Of a stretch of DNA of 64,000 nucleotides, positions 37,491 through 49,715 are shown one piece after another. The translations under genes and the position numbers were made by a program. Origin of the DNA: Octopus vulgaris (taxonomy: Eukaryota); assembly GCA_951406725.2 (NCBI GenBank), contig OX597838.1:41850001-41914000 (forward strand), given 5' to 3'. The number at the start of each line of letters is the position of its first letter. Position 1 is the stretch's first letter. The notes under the pieces were generated by a model. It had not been told where the DNA came from. It made no database searches and was given only the letters and a program-made list of their open reading frames with translations.

Positions 37491-39240
37491 TGAGGGTTGG
37501 CTGCAAAGTCTTTGAGCTGACTGTGAAGGAGTGATGCTAGAGCTGTGAAATCTTGCATGCATTCATTTCATTGAACCTAAATAACTGCATTGATTTTTCC
37601 CAGGTAAACCGACATCTCACTGTTGAAAGAAGACTTTACTAACAAGAAGTAGTAACTTCTCTTAAAAATGGGTTTAACACTCCTCCCCCCCAGGGACATC
37701 CATGCTGACACGGTTGCAATATTAGGGGATGATGCTCCAGCTTTATCAACAGTGCAAAAGCGGGCAGCTGGATTTAGGAGGGGAACTGGGAGCGTCTTGC
37801 AGGCGACTCAGGGTCTGGACATCATACATCTGCCACCACCAAAGCAAACATTAATCATGTTCCCCTCCCTTTTTTTTTTTGTTCCTTCTCGAGCCATGCC
37901 TGGCTCATAAGGGCTAGTTTCCTTGGCATATAGGTTCCCCATCTGGACGGGACGCCGGTCCGTTGCAGGTGAGCTGCAAGATGCAGGAGGAAAGAGTGAG
38001 AGAAAGTTGTGGCAAAAGAGTCAGCAGAAGTTTGCCATTACCTTCTGCCGGAGCCGCGTGGAGCTTAGGTGTTTCGCTCATAACACACATTGCCCGGTCT
38101 GAGATTCGAACCCGTGATCCCTCGACTGCGAGTCCGCTGCTCTAACCACTGGGCCATGTGTCTCCACAAATAAATGCGCCCTTTTTAAAGCCTAGCCAGG
38201 CCCATGGGCCCGGTTTCCCGGTTTTATTGACGTATGTGTCTCCCAGCTGGACGGGAGGCCAGTCCATCGCAGCGTTACTCATTTTTGCCAGCTGAGTGGA
38301 CTGGAGCAACGTGAAATGAAGTGTTTTGCTCAAGAACACAACGCGTCGTCTGGTCCAGGAATTGAAACCACAATCTTCCAATCATAATGCTGATACCCTA
38401 ACCACTAAGCCACGTACCTCCACAATCATGTTCCCTATGGTGATGGAGGATAGCACATCCCCAGGACAGAGAGAGTACAGAAGAATATCCTGCACATGAC
38501 AAACATTTCCTCTTGGTGCATGGTACCAAGGTTTTCTGTCACCTGATCAAAAGCACACCAGGTTGATCATATGGCAAAATCTGACATTGTTTGAGGCAGA
38601 TCCAGCAGGTTTCTTTGAACATTTCCTAACCCAGGGGGGAGGGGGGGGTTCATCACTTTGAGTCAGAGACAAAAAGAGAATCCATGCAGTGGAAACACCC
38701 CCTCCTCACCTGCTGCAAAGAAGGCCAAGGTCATTTCAAGTGCCTTAGTCTTTTGGGACACAAAAGGTATTGTGTTGATTGACTATTTTCAGAAAGGCCA
38801 CACCATCAATGGGGAGAACTTGCTGAGACAGTTACGAAAGGCTATCAAGACCAAATGCTCAGGAAAACTGATGAAAGGGATCTTGTTTCGTGAGGACAAT
38901 CTTCCAGCACACAAGTCCTTGGTTTCAATGGCCACCATGTGTGACTATGGCTTTGAAGTGGTTGATCACCATTCCTGTCCTCCTAATTTGGCCCCCATCT
39001 GCCCATCCTCTGTTCCCTGACATGAAGAAACACTTGGCTGAGAACTAGTATCGCAGGGGATGATGGCGTCATATCTGCTTTGACCAACAGGATGAAAGCT
39101 TCTTCACCAATGGGATCCGAGCACTGCAACACGGATGGAAGTGGTGTGTAGACCGCAAGGGTGGGGTGGACTGTGTTGAAAAACAAACCACATTTGGTCA
39201 CAATCCATGAGAGTACCTTGGTCAGCCTATGAATTGTTTT
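37491..39240 (+). mobile_element. Decayed mariner transposon carrying a nested SINE dimer
   Basis: GDDAPALSTVQK (HTH), FWDTKGIVLIDYFQKGHTING, DNLPAHKS, PPNLAP motifs; ends gagggttggctg... and ...gtcagcctatgaa. Confidence 0.8.
37865..38423 (-). mobile_element. Dimeric tRNA-derived SINE insertion with 12-bp TSD
   Basis: TSD aatcatgttccc at 37853-37864 and 38424-38435; two tRNA-like heads (TGGCTTAGTGG...GTTTCAATTCC; TGGCCCAGTGG...GGTTCGAATCT); A-rich tail at about 37870. Confidence 0.75.
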
Positions 39241-39363
39241 ATATATATTAATATTTACTTAAATGTTTCTATCTATAATGCAAGTCATACATATGATTGT
39301 GTGTGTATATATATCTATATATACAGAAAGAGAGATTGGGTACACACACACACTTATACTTAC

Positions 39364-39391
39364 CGGGATTTGCTAATGAGGCCTTTCATAC
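39364..39391 (-). CDS. NCBP3: NCBP3 exon 9, 28-nt microexon (GMKGLISKSR)
   Basis: tttcag acceptor, gtaagt donor; continues the conserved NYGGMKGxxS motif; phase 1 to 2. Confidence 0.9.
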
Positions 39392-39952
39392 CTGAAATGA
39401 GAAAATGAAACATTTTCAAAAATGAATTTTTTTCCAATAAAATCACCAACCTGACTAATCTTCATTTCTCTGAATCAGGATGAAAGAAAACACTAAATGT
39501 TATTTTGTCCGGCATTGTGACACCTGGCACTTAAAAGATATGACACTTCACACTTACAATAGAATACGTTTCTTTTATCAGATTAATCCAACATCATTTC
39601 CTGCGACACAAAGAATTCAGTGAAATTGCAATGGGGAGTGGAATATCCCATCTTCTGAGTGAAGTTCACAGGAAAGAAATTAAGGAGAAAAATTAAGGAA
39701 GAGAGCCAGCAGAGTTTTACATCCTCTGTGGTTGAGAAACTGGCAGGAATTTCTCTGGTCTCTTCTGCCCAAATAATGCAAGCCTTGCCAATGCAGACCA
39801 CCACTAATCTCCTGGGATTCTGTTTGATCTAATATTATTTTCAGTCCAGATTTGAGTCAGTACCTAGGGTTATCCAAAACTTAATTCCACCTGAATCCCT
39901 TGTGAATGAGGGACTCAGGTTCAATGTGAAAAATCAAAAGGGTTACTCTTAC

Positions 39953-40024
39953 CTCCATAGTTGGGGTTGCCATGTCTTACATAATACTGACTCCTTTTCT
40001 CAGCTCCCGGCAATTTTCGGTCAG
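39953..40024 (-). CDS. NCBP3: NCBP3 exon 8 (DRKLPGAEKRSQYYVRHGNPNYG)
   Basis: gttgcag acceptor, gtaaga donor; 72 nt; phase 1 to 1. Confidence 0.94.
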
Positions 40025-41127
40025 CTGCAACAACAACAACAGGTACAATATCACATGGTCACCAATAAAAACAAATCATGTTACTAATTTGCATAACGAC
40101 ACAATCCCCAAATTAACCAATCATGATCCACGCTAACAAATTTGGAAATCCTAAATCTTATCATTTAGCCTTCAATGCTGCACTACCTCAGAAGCAGCTA
40201 CACATTCAACCCACCACAGCCATTAAATAAGTCTCTCTCTCTCTCTCTCTCTCTCACTCACTCAGTTATTATCTTCCGTTGTGTCTATTCAAGATCTCTG
40301 ATTTGAAGTTTTGCAAATGCTTACACTGCATTCCTACAAGGAAAATACACAAATATCGGCTACAGTAAGGAATAGCAGGAACATGGCCCCAGTTTTTTTG
40401 CAATATTAAGGGCCCTTGTATACTAGGGCCAATAGCAAGAGATTACTTGGCAGGGCACTTTCTGGTTGATCCATTCCTTCCACCTGAAAGACGGTGGTCA
40501 GATCACGACTGCTTATGTGGCCTCTGTCACCCAATGGAAAATGATTCTTCATTTAACAGCAGACATAGCGTTTCATTTTGACTTTCTCTTTGCTAAACAT
40601 CTCCCAGGGGTAGGGTCTGCCTCCTAAACAAAATATTCTTTACTAGCTTTTGCTGACCTTCACATTAATTTCAATGGTTAACATTTCTTGTTATTCCTGC
40701 TGTTGTTATTCCTGATTGAGCAAGACTATAATGAGAGACATTACAGCCATGATCATCACTTCAGAGAACATTGTCTAATATCTTCTGTAAGCTTTATAAG
40801 ACAACAAGATGTGATAGGAGGGAGATTTGGCTCTATTTCTAGCAGGCCAAAGGGGCTATAGTGACTCCCTTGTCAGTTCATTCAAAGATAAATTCCATTC
40901 AGATCAAAACACAGTCTTTGTTTCAATTAAGAATTTAGTAAAACAACTGTCCTTATTGGTGTTTGGAACATTGGAATTTTGACAGGTTTTAATTTACATC
41001 AAATTAAAACAGACAGTTTTCTCTCTTAGAATTAGGAGCACTCTCAGGCGGGTTGGTAACAAAAACAGATGAAAAAAAAGAAAAAAGAAACAAATCTATA
41101 AAGACTCTAGTAAAATGAGCCATGTAC

Positions 41128-41296
41128 CTTTTGTGGCATATCTCATAAATATATGTTGGCCGGTTTTACTGGCTGGAATCCCAAGACGCCATTTCCCAGG
41201 TGGCCAAGGAATGTCATCTCCACTGTTCCATGGATCAGGTGCTGCTGACACATTTTCTAGCAAACGTGATGACAACTTCCTTCTGTAGTTTTTCTC
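41128..41296 (-). CDS. NCBP3: NCBP3 exon 7 (EKNYRRK...WPPGKWRLG...HIFMRYATK)
   Basis: (gtct)n-ag acceptor, gtacat donor; 169 nt; phase 0 to 1. Confidence 0.9.
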
Positions 41297-42264
41297 CTAG
41301 ACAGACAGACAGACAGACAAGCATTACTTCAAATAAACAGGTTTCTGTTGAGTCAGCAAAAGAAGCAGCTCAAACCACCCAAAAAGACCCTCCACCCAAC
41401 CTAAACAATCAATTTGTGCTTGAAATTCAAGGATTTTTAAATCATCAACTTCCATATACAAAAAGAAGATAGATTTTTTTTTCTTTTCTTACTAGATTTA
41501 AGCTCAGAGCATATAATATATATGACACTTGATCTAACAGTATTGAGTACTCTCTTTCGTTTGAATGCCTTTCACACCAGTGTAGTACTACCATCTAATG
41601 TGTGTGTGATAATCCTCACTTCACATGTCCTGTCTCTGCTGGCCTGGATAGGACAGTTTGACAGGATTCAGGAGGGTGGTGGACCACGTGTTGTTTTGAT
41701 GTCTCAGGTTTCACATAGTTTCTACAGTTGGATGCCCTTCCTAACCATTTCACAGAATGGACTGGGATCAGTATATTTTCAAAGCACCAGCAAGATGAAA
41801 GAGGCAACCTCTTGAGCCTTGCATTGTCTCTATTCAAACCGATTCACATCTACAGAGTGTCTTGGATGTTGGGTGTTAGTTTGGCAGCTTGCAAAGCACT
41901 CCAAAATGGAAGGAGGAGACTTATAATGAGAGGATGACAATGGAGAGAATAAGAGAGGGAATAATGTTGAGGTGGGAGTAAAGGAGGTAGAATAATGTCA
42001 AAAGGTTAGTGTAAACGAGAGGGGACATCACACCTCCATTTGTAACAGTCATATTCCAACTACAGAATCCTTCCTCAAACTCAATGTTTTAATGCATTCA
42101 TGGCACAACACCAAGCATCCATAACAAAAGTATTTCCATAGTAACACACTCCATTATTTACTTGAAATGGCAAAAAAGACATCAATGATACGGAGGACCA
42201 TTCATCCATCAGCCCACTCTGACACTGTTTTATCTGTAAAATGCTACAAAGACTAAATACTTAC

Positions 42265-42437
42265 CAATTCGACATTGTCTTCAGAGCTGGACAGTTCCCC
42301 TTCGCTCTTCGCATCAATCGGTTGAGGTGTTGTCTCTCGTGTTTCCGCATCCTCACTGTCTTTGCTACCACTTTCTCTCCTTTCGGTTTCCGTCTGCCTG
42401 TCGCTGTCGTTTCCGCAAGTACTTTCACTGTGAGACA
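42265..42437 (-). CDS. NCBP3: NCBP3 exon 6 (acidic, ...KSEGELSSSEDNVEL)
   Basis: cttag acceptor, gtaagt donor; 173 nt; phase 1 to 0. Confidence 0.85.
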
Positions 42438-43036
42438 CTAAGCACAAGAGAAACATGTCAGCTTAATCAGCACATTGTGTAACGGACCTGTCACAGCAAG
42501 GAGTCGGCCTTAAAGACAGGGAAGCTCTAAAACAAGAAAAAATACTGGAGGAGGAGGAGGAGGAAGGTATGGAGTAAAGAATTGGTCAGTTATAGGATTT
42601 ACCAATGCTTACAAGAGCAAAAATGTGGAGAGAGAAATATCACATTCTCTGGTTGCTTTATTTCACTCTCTGAACAAAAGGAAAAGTTACATCACAAATA
42701 TGATAGTTAGCCAGTTCCACTGGCCATCACAGGTGGCCAACTTTGGTGTGAGAATGACCAAGCAGAGAAACAAATGAAACCCTTATGACGAAGAAAAAAC
42801 AGTCTATTGTGGGTTCCAAACCAATTTTCCATGCCTGCATGGGTTGGACAGAACTTGCCGAGGTGACTTTTTGTATGGTCAAATGGCCTTCCTGCTCGCA
42901 ATCTTTCTGCTTCCAGGCTAGATTAATATTTCTCCCCAACCTGGCATGTCTCCACGGAAGATTGGAAACAAAGGACAGAGCTTGCCAGATGGTGACCTTC
43001 ACCAATGTAAACTTGAAAATACTTGTCGTTTCTCAC

Positions 43037-43291
43037 CTGAAGAAATAGCCGACATATTGCTGTCCTCGTCCACGTTCATTTTGGTAACGTTGCTTTCTTT
43101 CTCACTGGTTTCACTGGTTTCTTTCTGCTCAAATTGTGGGTCAGACTTCAGCTGATTCTCTTCATCAGCAGTTGGACTTTTGGCAGCAGAATCCTCGTTT
43201 GTGTTGGTCAAAGAACTAACGACATCACGGCTTTGGCTTAATTTGTTCAGGGCTCTCGCAGCTGTCATGGCATCGGACCAAACAACATTGC
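43037..43291 (-). CDS. NCBP3: NCBP3 exon 5 (CNVVWSDAMTAARALNKLS... acidic linker)
   Basis: ttttgtag acceptor, gtgaga donor; 255 nt; phase 1 to 1. Confidence 0.92.
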
Positions 43292-45298
43292 CTACAAAAT
43301 GGGGAGAAAACCATGAAAAATATCATTTCTCAATAATGTCACAGAAAGAAATCATTGAAATTCATAAATCAAAGCCATTCGCACTGGGACTGAACTGTCC
43401 TCCATCTTTTGTTTCAGTCATTAGAATGCAGCCATGCTGGAGCATCACCTTGAAGAACTTTAGTCAAACAAATTGGTCCCAGGACTTAGTCTTTTATAAA
43501 ACCTGGTCATTATTCCATCAGTCTCTTTTGCCAAACTGCTAAGTTACAGGGAGGCAAACACACCAACACTGGTTGTCAAGCAGTGGTGGAGGGGACAGAC
43601 TCAAAGACACACACACACTTTGCCATCCAACCCATGCCAGTATGGACAACGGACATTAAATGATGATACACACACACACACACATGTATGATGGGGCTTC
43701 TTTCAGTTTCCATCTACCAAATCCATTCACAAGGCTTTGGCTGGGCTGAGGCTATAGTAGAAGACACTGGCTCAAGCTGAACCTGCAACCATGTGATTGA
43801 GAAGCAAACTTCTCACCACACAGTCATGCTTGCACCTATATTTTTATTATTATTAGTAGTAGTAGTAGTGGTGGTGGTGGTAGTAGTAGTAGTAGTGGAA
43901 GTAAGGTGGTGAGCTGACAAAATCATTAGCATGGTAGGCAAAATGCTTAGAGGCATTTAGTTTGTCTGAACGTTCTGAGTTCAAATTCCACCAAAGTTGA
44001 TTTTGCCTTTCATTCTTTCAGGGTTGATAAGTACCAGTTGTGTATTGGGGTTGATCTAATCAACTAGCCCCCCTCCCCCCAAAATTTCAGGCCTTGTACC
44101 TATAATAGAAAGGATTATTATTATTATTATTATTAGTGTCATGTGACGATGGGAAAGTTTGGAAGTATACTTCTGCCACCATGGGGTAAATTGCTAAAAG
44201 TTAAATAATAATTAGCCACATTTCTTGTTCTTATCATCATCATCATCATCATTTAACGTCCGTTTTCCATGCTAGCATGGGTTGGACGGTTTTGACTGAG
44301 GGCTGGCAACCAGATGGCTGCACCAGGCTCCAGTTTTGATCGGGCAGGGTTTTTACAGCTAGATGCCCTTCCTAACGCTTCTTATCCATGGCAACAAAAG
44401 AATATTAATATTTTTATGGCAATTGTAATGATATATTCATTTGGAATGGTTTGCTATAAATTCTTAAGTTAGCCAATAACCCTAAAACTTACTCTGCTAA
44501 CGATGACTTTACTTGAGAACATTTAAGGAAAACATCTGCAACAATAAATGAACTTTTTTTCAGCTAAAGCCAACCTGCTCCCTCATTTACTGCCCCCTTC
44601 TCCACTTACTTTCTCACTGTGTGTCTTTAAATATGTAATGTTCTTTTAATCATTGCCTGTCTTCAAGCCTAGTATGTGCACTCACCCTGTATTTCTCATT
44701 TTAATTGCCTGTGTCTTTCCCCAGCTCTCTATACAACGTAAAATGGAGAAAGCAACCAGCCAGCCATAGATGTCAGCTGTTATTCATCTTCCTTGTCATC
44801 ATCAAACATCTGTTTCCCATGATGGTAAGGGGGGGGGGGGGAGAAACCATCCAATTCATGGCCAGCGTGGCAAAAAAGGACAGATGATGATGATGATGAC
44901 AGACAAAAGGCCCAGTAGCAGTTTGATGTGTAAAGACATGGAATGAAGAATCTCCTTACTTGGAAATAAAGGTTGGCACCAGCAATGGTAGAATACTGCC
45001 TCGAGAAGTCTCATCCCTTCAGTTGCAAGCAAACAAGCCAAGTATCTGGTTTGAGGATAACATCCTTCCGTCTTCCTCCATCCCCACCTCAGGGCCATAA
45101 AGTGCTGCCCCACCCACTTCATTAAATGAAAGGAAAATCTTTATAGACCCCCATATTGAGGTAGTGCAGTTAATAAAAATATGTTTATCCTCTCCATGTC
45201 TGACCTCTGGCCCCAACTTTAATACAACTGAGGAGTTGTATTAAAGTTAGGGGTGAATTTTTTAAGGGGTTGAGTGACTAGGGTACTTGTTTACTTAC

Positions 45299-45456
45299 AG
45301 GAATTGTCTTCAATCCATTCAACGGTCGAGGGAGCAAACTCTTGAAAATAATGAAAGACATCTTTGGTACTCATGTCTTGCACACCACGGACATGGACCG
45401 TCTCGAGACGAATGCCTCGTTCGTCCTTGTGTAGGTCTTCTTCTCGGATGCCAAGG
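45299..45456 (-). CDS. NCBP3: NCBP3 exon 4 (RRM core)
   Basis: cttgcag acceptor, gtaagt donor; RLETVHVRGVQDMSTKDVFHYF...EWIEDNS; 158 nt; phase 2 to 1. Confidence 0.95.
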
Positions 45457-46147
45457 CTGCAAGATTAAAAGAAAAAGAAATTAACGGAAGTTTACAGTTA
45501 AAGTTTCAACAGAATTTCTTTTTATTTTAATATTTTCTTGTTCATTTTTTGTAATTACAAGAGTTGAGGGTGGTAGATGCAGGGAAGTGTAGGGGTGAAA
45601 TATCAAACAGTGCTTAATAAGGTCCCTTTACATGGATAAATTCACCTTTTCCCACCAGCCACAACTGATAAACTAAATTTCAGAATCAACAAACCAAAAA
45701 ATGTTCCAAGTATTTCTCATCTCCTGCCAAGATAAGAAACCCTTATCATAAATATCTCCCTTTTCTGCATGTATTCGTTTCAGGAATGTCTCCCTGTATT
45801 TTGATCCTCTATCTTTTCATTTCTAAGGCTCAACAAAGTCTGCCTTTAACTACTTCATCCAAAGCCGTCCCATCCTAAACTAGCCTCCATCAACTCATTT
45901 CTTCTTCTCTCTCTCTCACTCTCAGCCATTTCTTGTCCCATCCCACGGCTGGTCAACACAAGTTTTCTTCCATTCTGCCAACCACTTCTCAATTCCCAGC
46001 TCAACTTTTCCTCTTAACACTACAACAACAACAACCTTGATATTCAAACTCAGAAAAGGATAAACTAAACACTAAAAAGTCATTTGGTGTAACGATCCAC
46101 TGATTGCTTCAAGCATCAATACATCTAAAGACTCATTCGTCCAATCT

Positions 46148-46560
46148 ATCATCATCATCGTTTAACATCCGCTCTCCATGCTAGCATGGGTTGGATGGTT
46201 CGACCAGGGTCTGGGAAGCCAGAAGGCTGCACCAGGCCCAGTCTGATCTGGCAATGTTTCTACGGCTGGATGCCCTTCCTAATGCCAACCACTTCGTGAG
46301 TGTAGTGGGTGCTTTTTACGTGTCACTGGCACGGAGGCAAGGCGAGGCTGGCAACGGCCACGGTCGGATGGTGCTTTTTACATGTCACCGGCATGGAGGC
46401 CAGGCAAGGCTGGCAATGGCCACGGTCGGATGGTGCTTTTTACATGCCACCGGCACGGAGGCCAGTCGGGGTGGCGCTGGAAACGGCCACGTTCTGATGG
46501 TTCTCTTACGTGCCCCTGGCACTGGTATCACAGCTACAATTTCCATTGATGTTGATTGAT
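46148..46560 (-). mobile_element. RTE 3'-UTR copy in NCBP3 intron 3
   Basis: catcatcgtttaacatccgc...gggttggatgg... plus internal tandem units. Confidence 0.78.
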
Positions 46561-46663
46561 TTCGATTCTGATTCTCAATGCAAAATATAATGATGATGAT
46601 GATGATGATGCAGCTATTGATAGCAGTGTTGGTACTAACGAGGAAATAAGAAACAATACAAAC

Positions 46664-46752
46664 CTAGTGTAGAGAGCGACCAAACTAACATGGTAGTTGT
46701 TGCCTTCCAGACCAAAACGACGAGCTCGCTCTTCTCTTTTCTCTTCTTCTTC
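46664..46752 (-). CDS. NCBP3: NCBP3 exon 3 (EEEEKREERARRFGLEGNNYHVSLVALYT)
   Basis: ttttcag acceptor, gtttgt donor; 89 nt; phase 0 to 2. Confidence 0.9.
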
Positions 46753-49655
46753 CTGAAAATAAGGAAATTGAAAACAAACCTTTTTATAGAAAGTAAAGAA
46801 AAAGAAGAAAAGGAGCAATCAACATCCATTAACAATTGATAAAACAAAAGAGAATAATCGTTATCACCTCAGCCTTGCTCTAATTATCTCCAATGTCATC
46901 ATCATGAAAGCCAATAAGTGAACTTCCTCTACAATCACAGAAGCTGCTCGTTAACCATCAAAAGCATCTTCAACTAATTACGTCAAAGGAGAGATACATC
47001 ATCATCATTGTTGTTGCTGCCCTTTTCTATGACTGCATGGATCAGATGGATGCCCTTCCTGTCACCAACCTTCACCAGTTTCCAATCCAAGATTTCCCCT
47101 ATATTCTTATGGAAGGCTAGTAATGAATGAACGACACAGCTTTGCACAATGCTGGCATTTTACAACCATCATGTGATGTCAAGACAAAGAGAGACAGACA
47201 CAAAGATGTGTACTGCAGGCTTCTTTCAGTTTCCATCCACCAAATCTTCCCAGATGATGGCTGGACTTATAGTAAGATGGAAGCTGACCATATTAAGCAT
47301 CTGATTGATGTTTCTAGCTGCGTTCATCTTACCTTTTATGAATTAGGATATTAAGGTATGGCTGTGAGAGTAAGGAGTTGCTTTCCCAGCATCATGGTTT
47401 GGGGTTCAGTCCTGCTGTGTGGTACCTTAGTCAAGTATCCTCTACTATAGCACTAAATGGACTTGGTAGGAAGAAACTTACTGAATATGATGTGTGTGTG
47501 TGTGTTTCTTTTGTCTTGAAATTGTTAGTTTGTAAACGAGCCCCAGCATCGTAATAAATGATGTTCCTTTTCCATCTTGATTGGGAAAATGTTCAACCAC
47601 AGGAAAGAACCATCTTGCTTGGGAACAGGTGAGGCTTGGCAAGAGGAAAGGTGTCCAGCCATTCCATTTGATCCATGCAAGCGTGGGAAATTGGACGTTA
47701 AAACAATGAGGTGACAATGAGAGGCTGGACTTGGTGGTTGAGGATGAAGTGCGTTTGTGAGGATCCCAGCACAAAGGAGACAATGTGAACGGCCAACCGT
47801 TTGGCCAGAGACACCTCACAAATTCCTATTAATATACAACCTTTGTGGCAGTAACTGACAGCTGCATATAGTGGTAAGTGTAATATATACAGTGCTCAGG
47901 TGCACCGTAACTCATTGGAATACAGAGTGGGGGGGACAGCAGCATCAGGTCAAGTAAAGAGAGCGATGAGGGCCAAAGGTAGAGGCACAGAACACAAGAT
48001 AAACCCCCAAAACACAGAAAAGTAAAAAGAAGCAGAATGAAGAGAAAGAGCAACACTTTACACCGTTTAACACACAACGCCTGTTGTGGGATTATAAACA
48101 TATTTAGTGTTGCTGTGAGGAAAGAATCTTCTGTGGATAACCCAAAGTTTAATCTAACTGATTCAGCTAAATTGCACTTCCAAGAACGCCCAGAGTATCA
48201 AACACAGCAACAGTCCACCACTTGCTGACCGGGTTTTAAACCAAAATAATGTTTGCTGTGCAAAACTAATGACTAAGTGGACGTGTCACTGCATTCGGCT
48301 TAAGAGATCCTCTCACAGTATACAAAAGCTGACATAGGCTAGGAGCAGAAGTTGGATCTAAAGATTGCCTTTTGATATTAATACTATTTCCATAGGTAAG
48401 AATTAATTTTTAATAAGCCTGCTGGCTATTAGTAACATCAGTGACTGATATCAGACACTGATATTCTATACATTGTGGGAGCGATGTTTGGCTGGTCTGC
48501 AGCCGCTGGACGCCTGCCACAGAGGAAGTCCACTAGACTGGGATCGGATAATCTGGCAGGCCGGATGCCCATAACATGATTCTCATCTGCTATGATTTAT
48601 GCTTATGCACCAAGCAATCTGTATGAGAAGACCTTTCAAGGCTAATATCACAGTATTTGATGTTCCAACAAGACATTCATATTAAGATTGCACTCTCAGT
48701 AATTATTTTTAATAAGTGTTTACGCACAGAATAGGGATGACAGCCTTCATTTCAAGTCTGGTTGGAGTTGACTTGAGACAATGGTCAGTCAGTTTATCCA
48801 TTTTGTTTTACAATACTTCTATTGAAATATACTGCCTTTTCAATTAATTTTTGAAATAATGAACAAGTTAGTAAAGTAATTCCGTCATTCGTAATTTGGT
48901 ATTTAGAGCATAAATTAGCAAGAAATTTTGATGGAAAGTTTTAATTAAGATCACTTTAACATGGAGACTTTGTGCTTTTGTTTTTAGGAATTAAGATGGT
49001 ATTTTTAGATTTTTGACAAAGTCATGAAGAAAGATGACTGTTAGGAATAAGAAGGAACACTTGGCCCTTTGAGTGTGTCAGTGGGTTCATTGAAATGTGT
49101 GCTGACTGAAGACAGATACCAGTCACAAGATGGGGGAGAAGATTATGCTTCGATTGACTACCAAGCCATGGTTTTGGTGGCAAACAATGGTTCTGCACAC
49201 AACCATGTTTGGTCAGACGGAATGAGTCAAAGACACCAGGTTATCCTTGAACTGTAATGCAACAGAGAAAATTCTTTTCTACTCTAGGCACAAGGCCTGA
49301 AATTTTTTGAGGGGGGGTGGGGGGTGCAGTCAATTAGATTGACCCCAGTATGCAACTGGTACTTACCTAAGCATTTCACCCAGTGTGCTAACATTTCTGC
49401 CAGCTTGCTGCGTCAGAGCAAATTCTTTTAAGGCAACTAAGAAGGCCCAGAAGAGGCTGTCAGAATAGGCCATAGTTTGTTTGACCAAGAAAAAAGAAGA
49501 ACCTACCAGCAAGCCATAATGTGTTGTCATGACATCAGAACTGGACTTATTTTATAGGACTCAGAGGTCACTTTCATTTCAGTGACAAACTTCTAGATGC
49601 CTTCTCTGGCTGTAAAGGCCACATCCCTCTTGTTCTAGATTTAATATAAACATAC

Positions 49656-49715
49656 CTTTTTTGTGATGTCGATGCCTGTTACAAAATTCCCATCTTTATT
49701 TTCATACTTCTTTCT
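49656..49715 (-). CDS. NCBP3: NCBP3 exon 2 (RKKYENKDGNFVTGIDITKK)
   Basis: ttttgtag acceptor, gtatgt donor; 60 nt; phase 0 to 0. Confidence 0.93.

Noticed and set aside
38090-38168. tRNA-like sequence with A and B boxes
   Set aside because: Head of a SINE; continues into the SINE body and lacks a proper acceptor stem.
48500-48570. Small AGTC/GACT hairpin as telomerase RNA P6.1
   Set aside because: The loop lacks the conserved U/G placement and no template sequence lies nearby.
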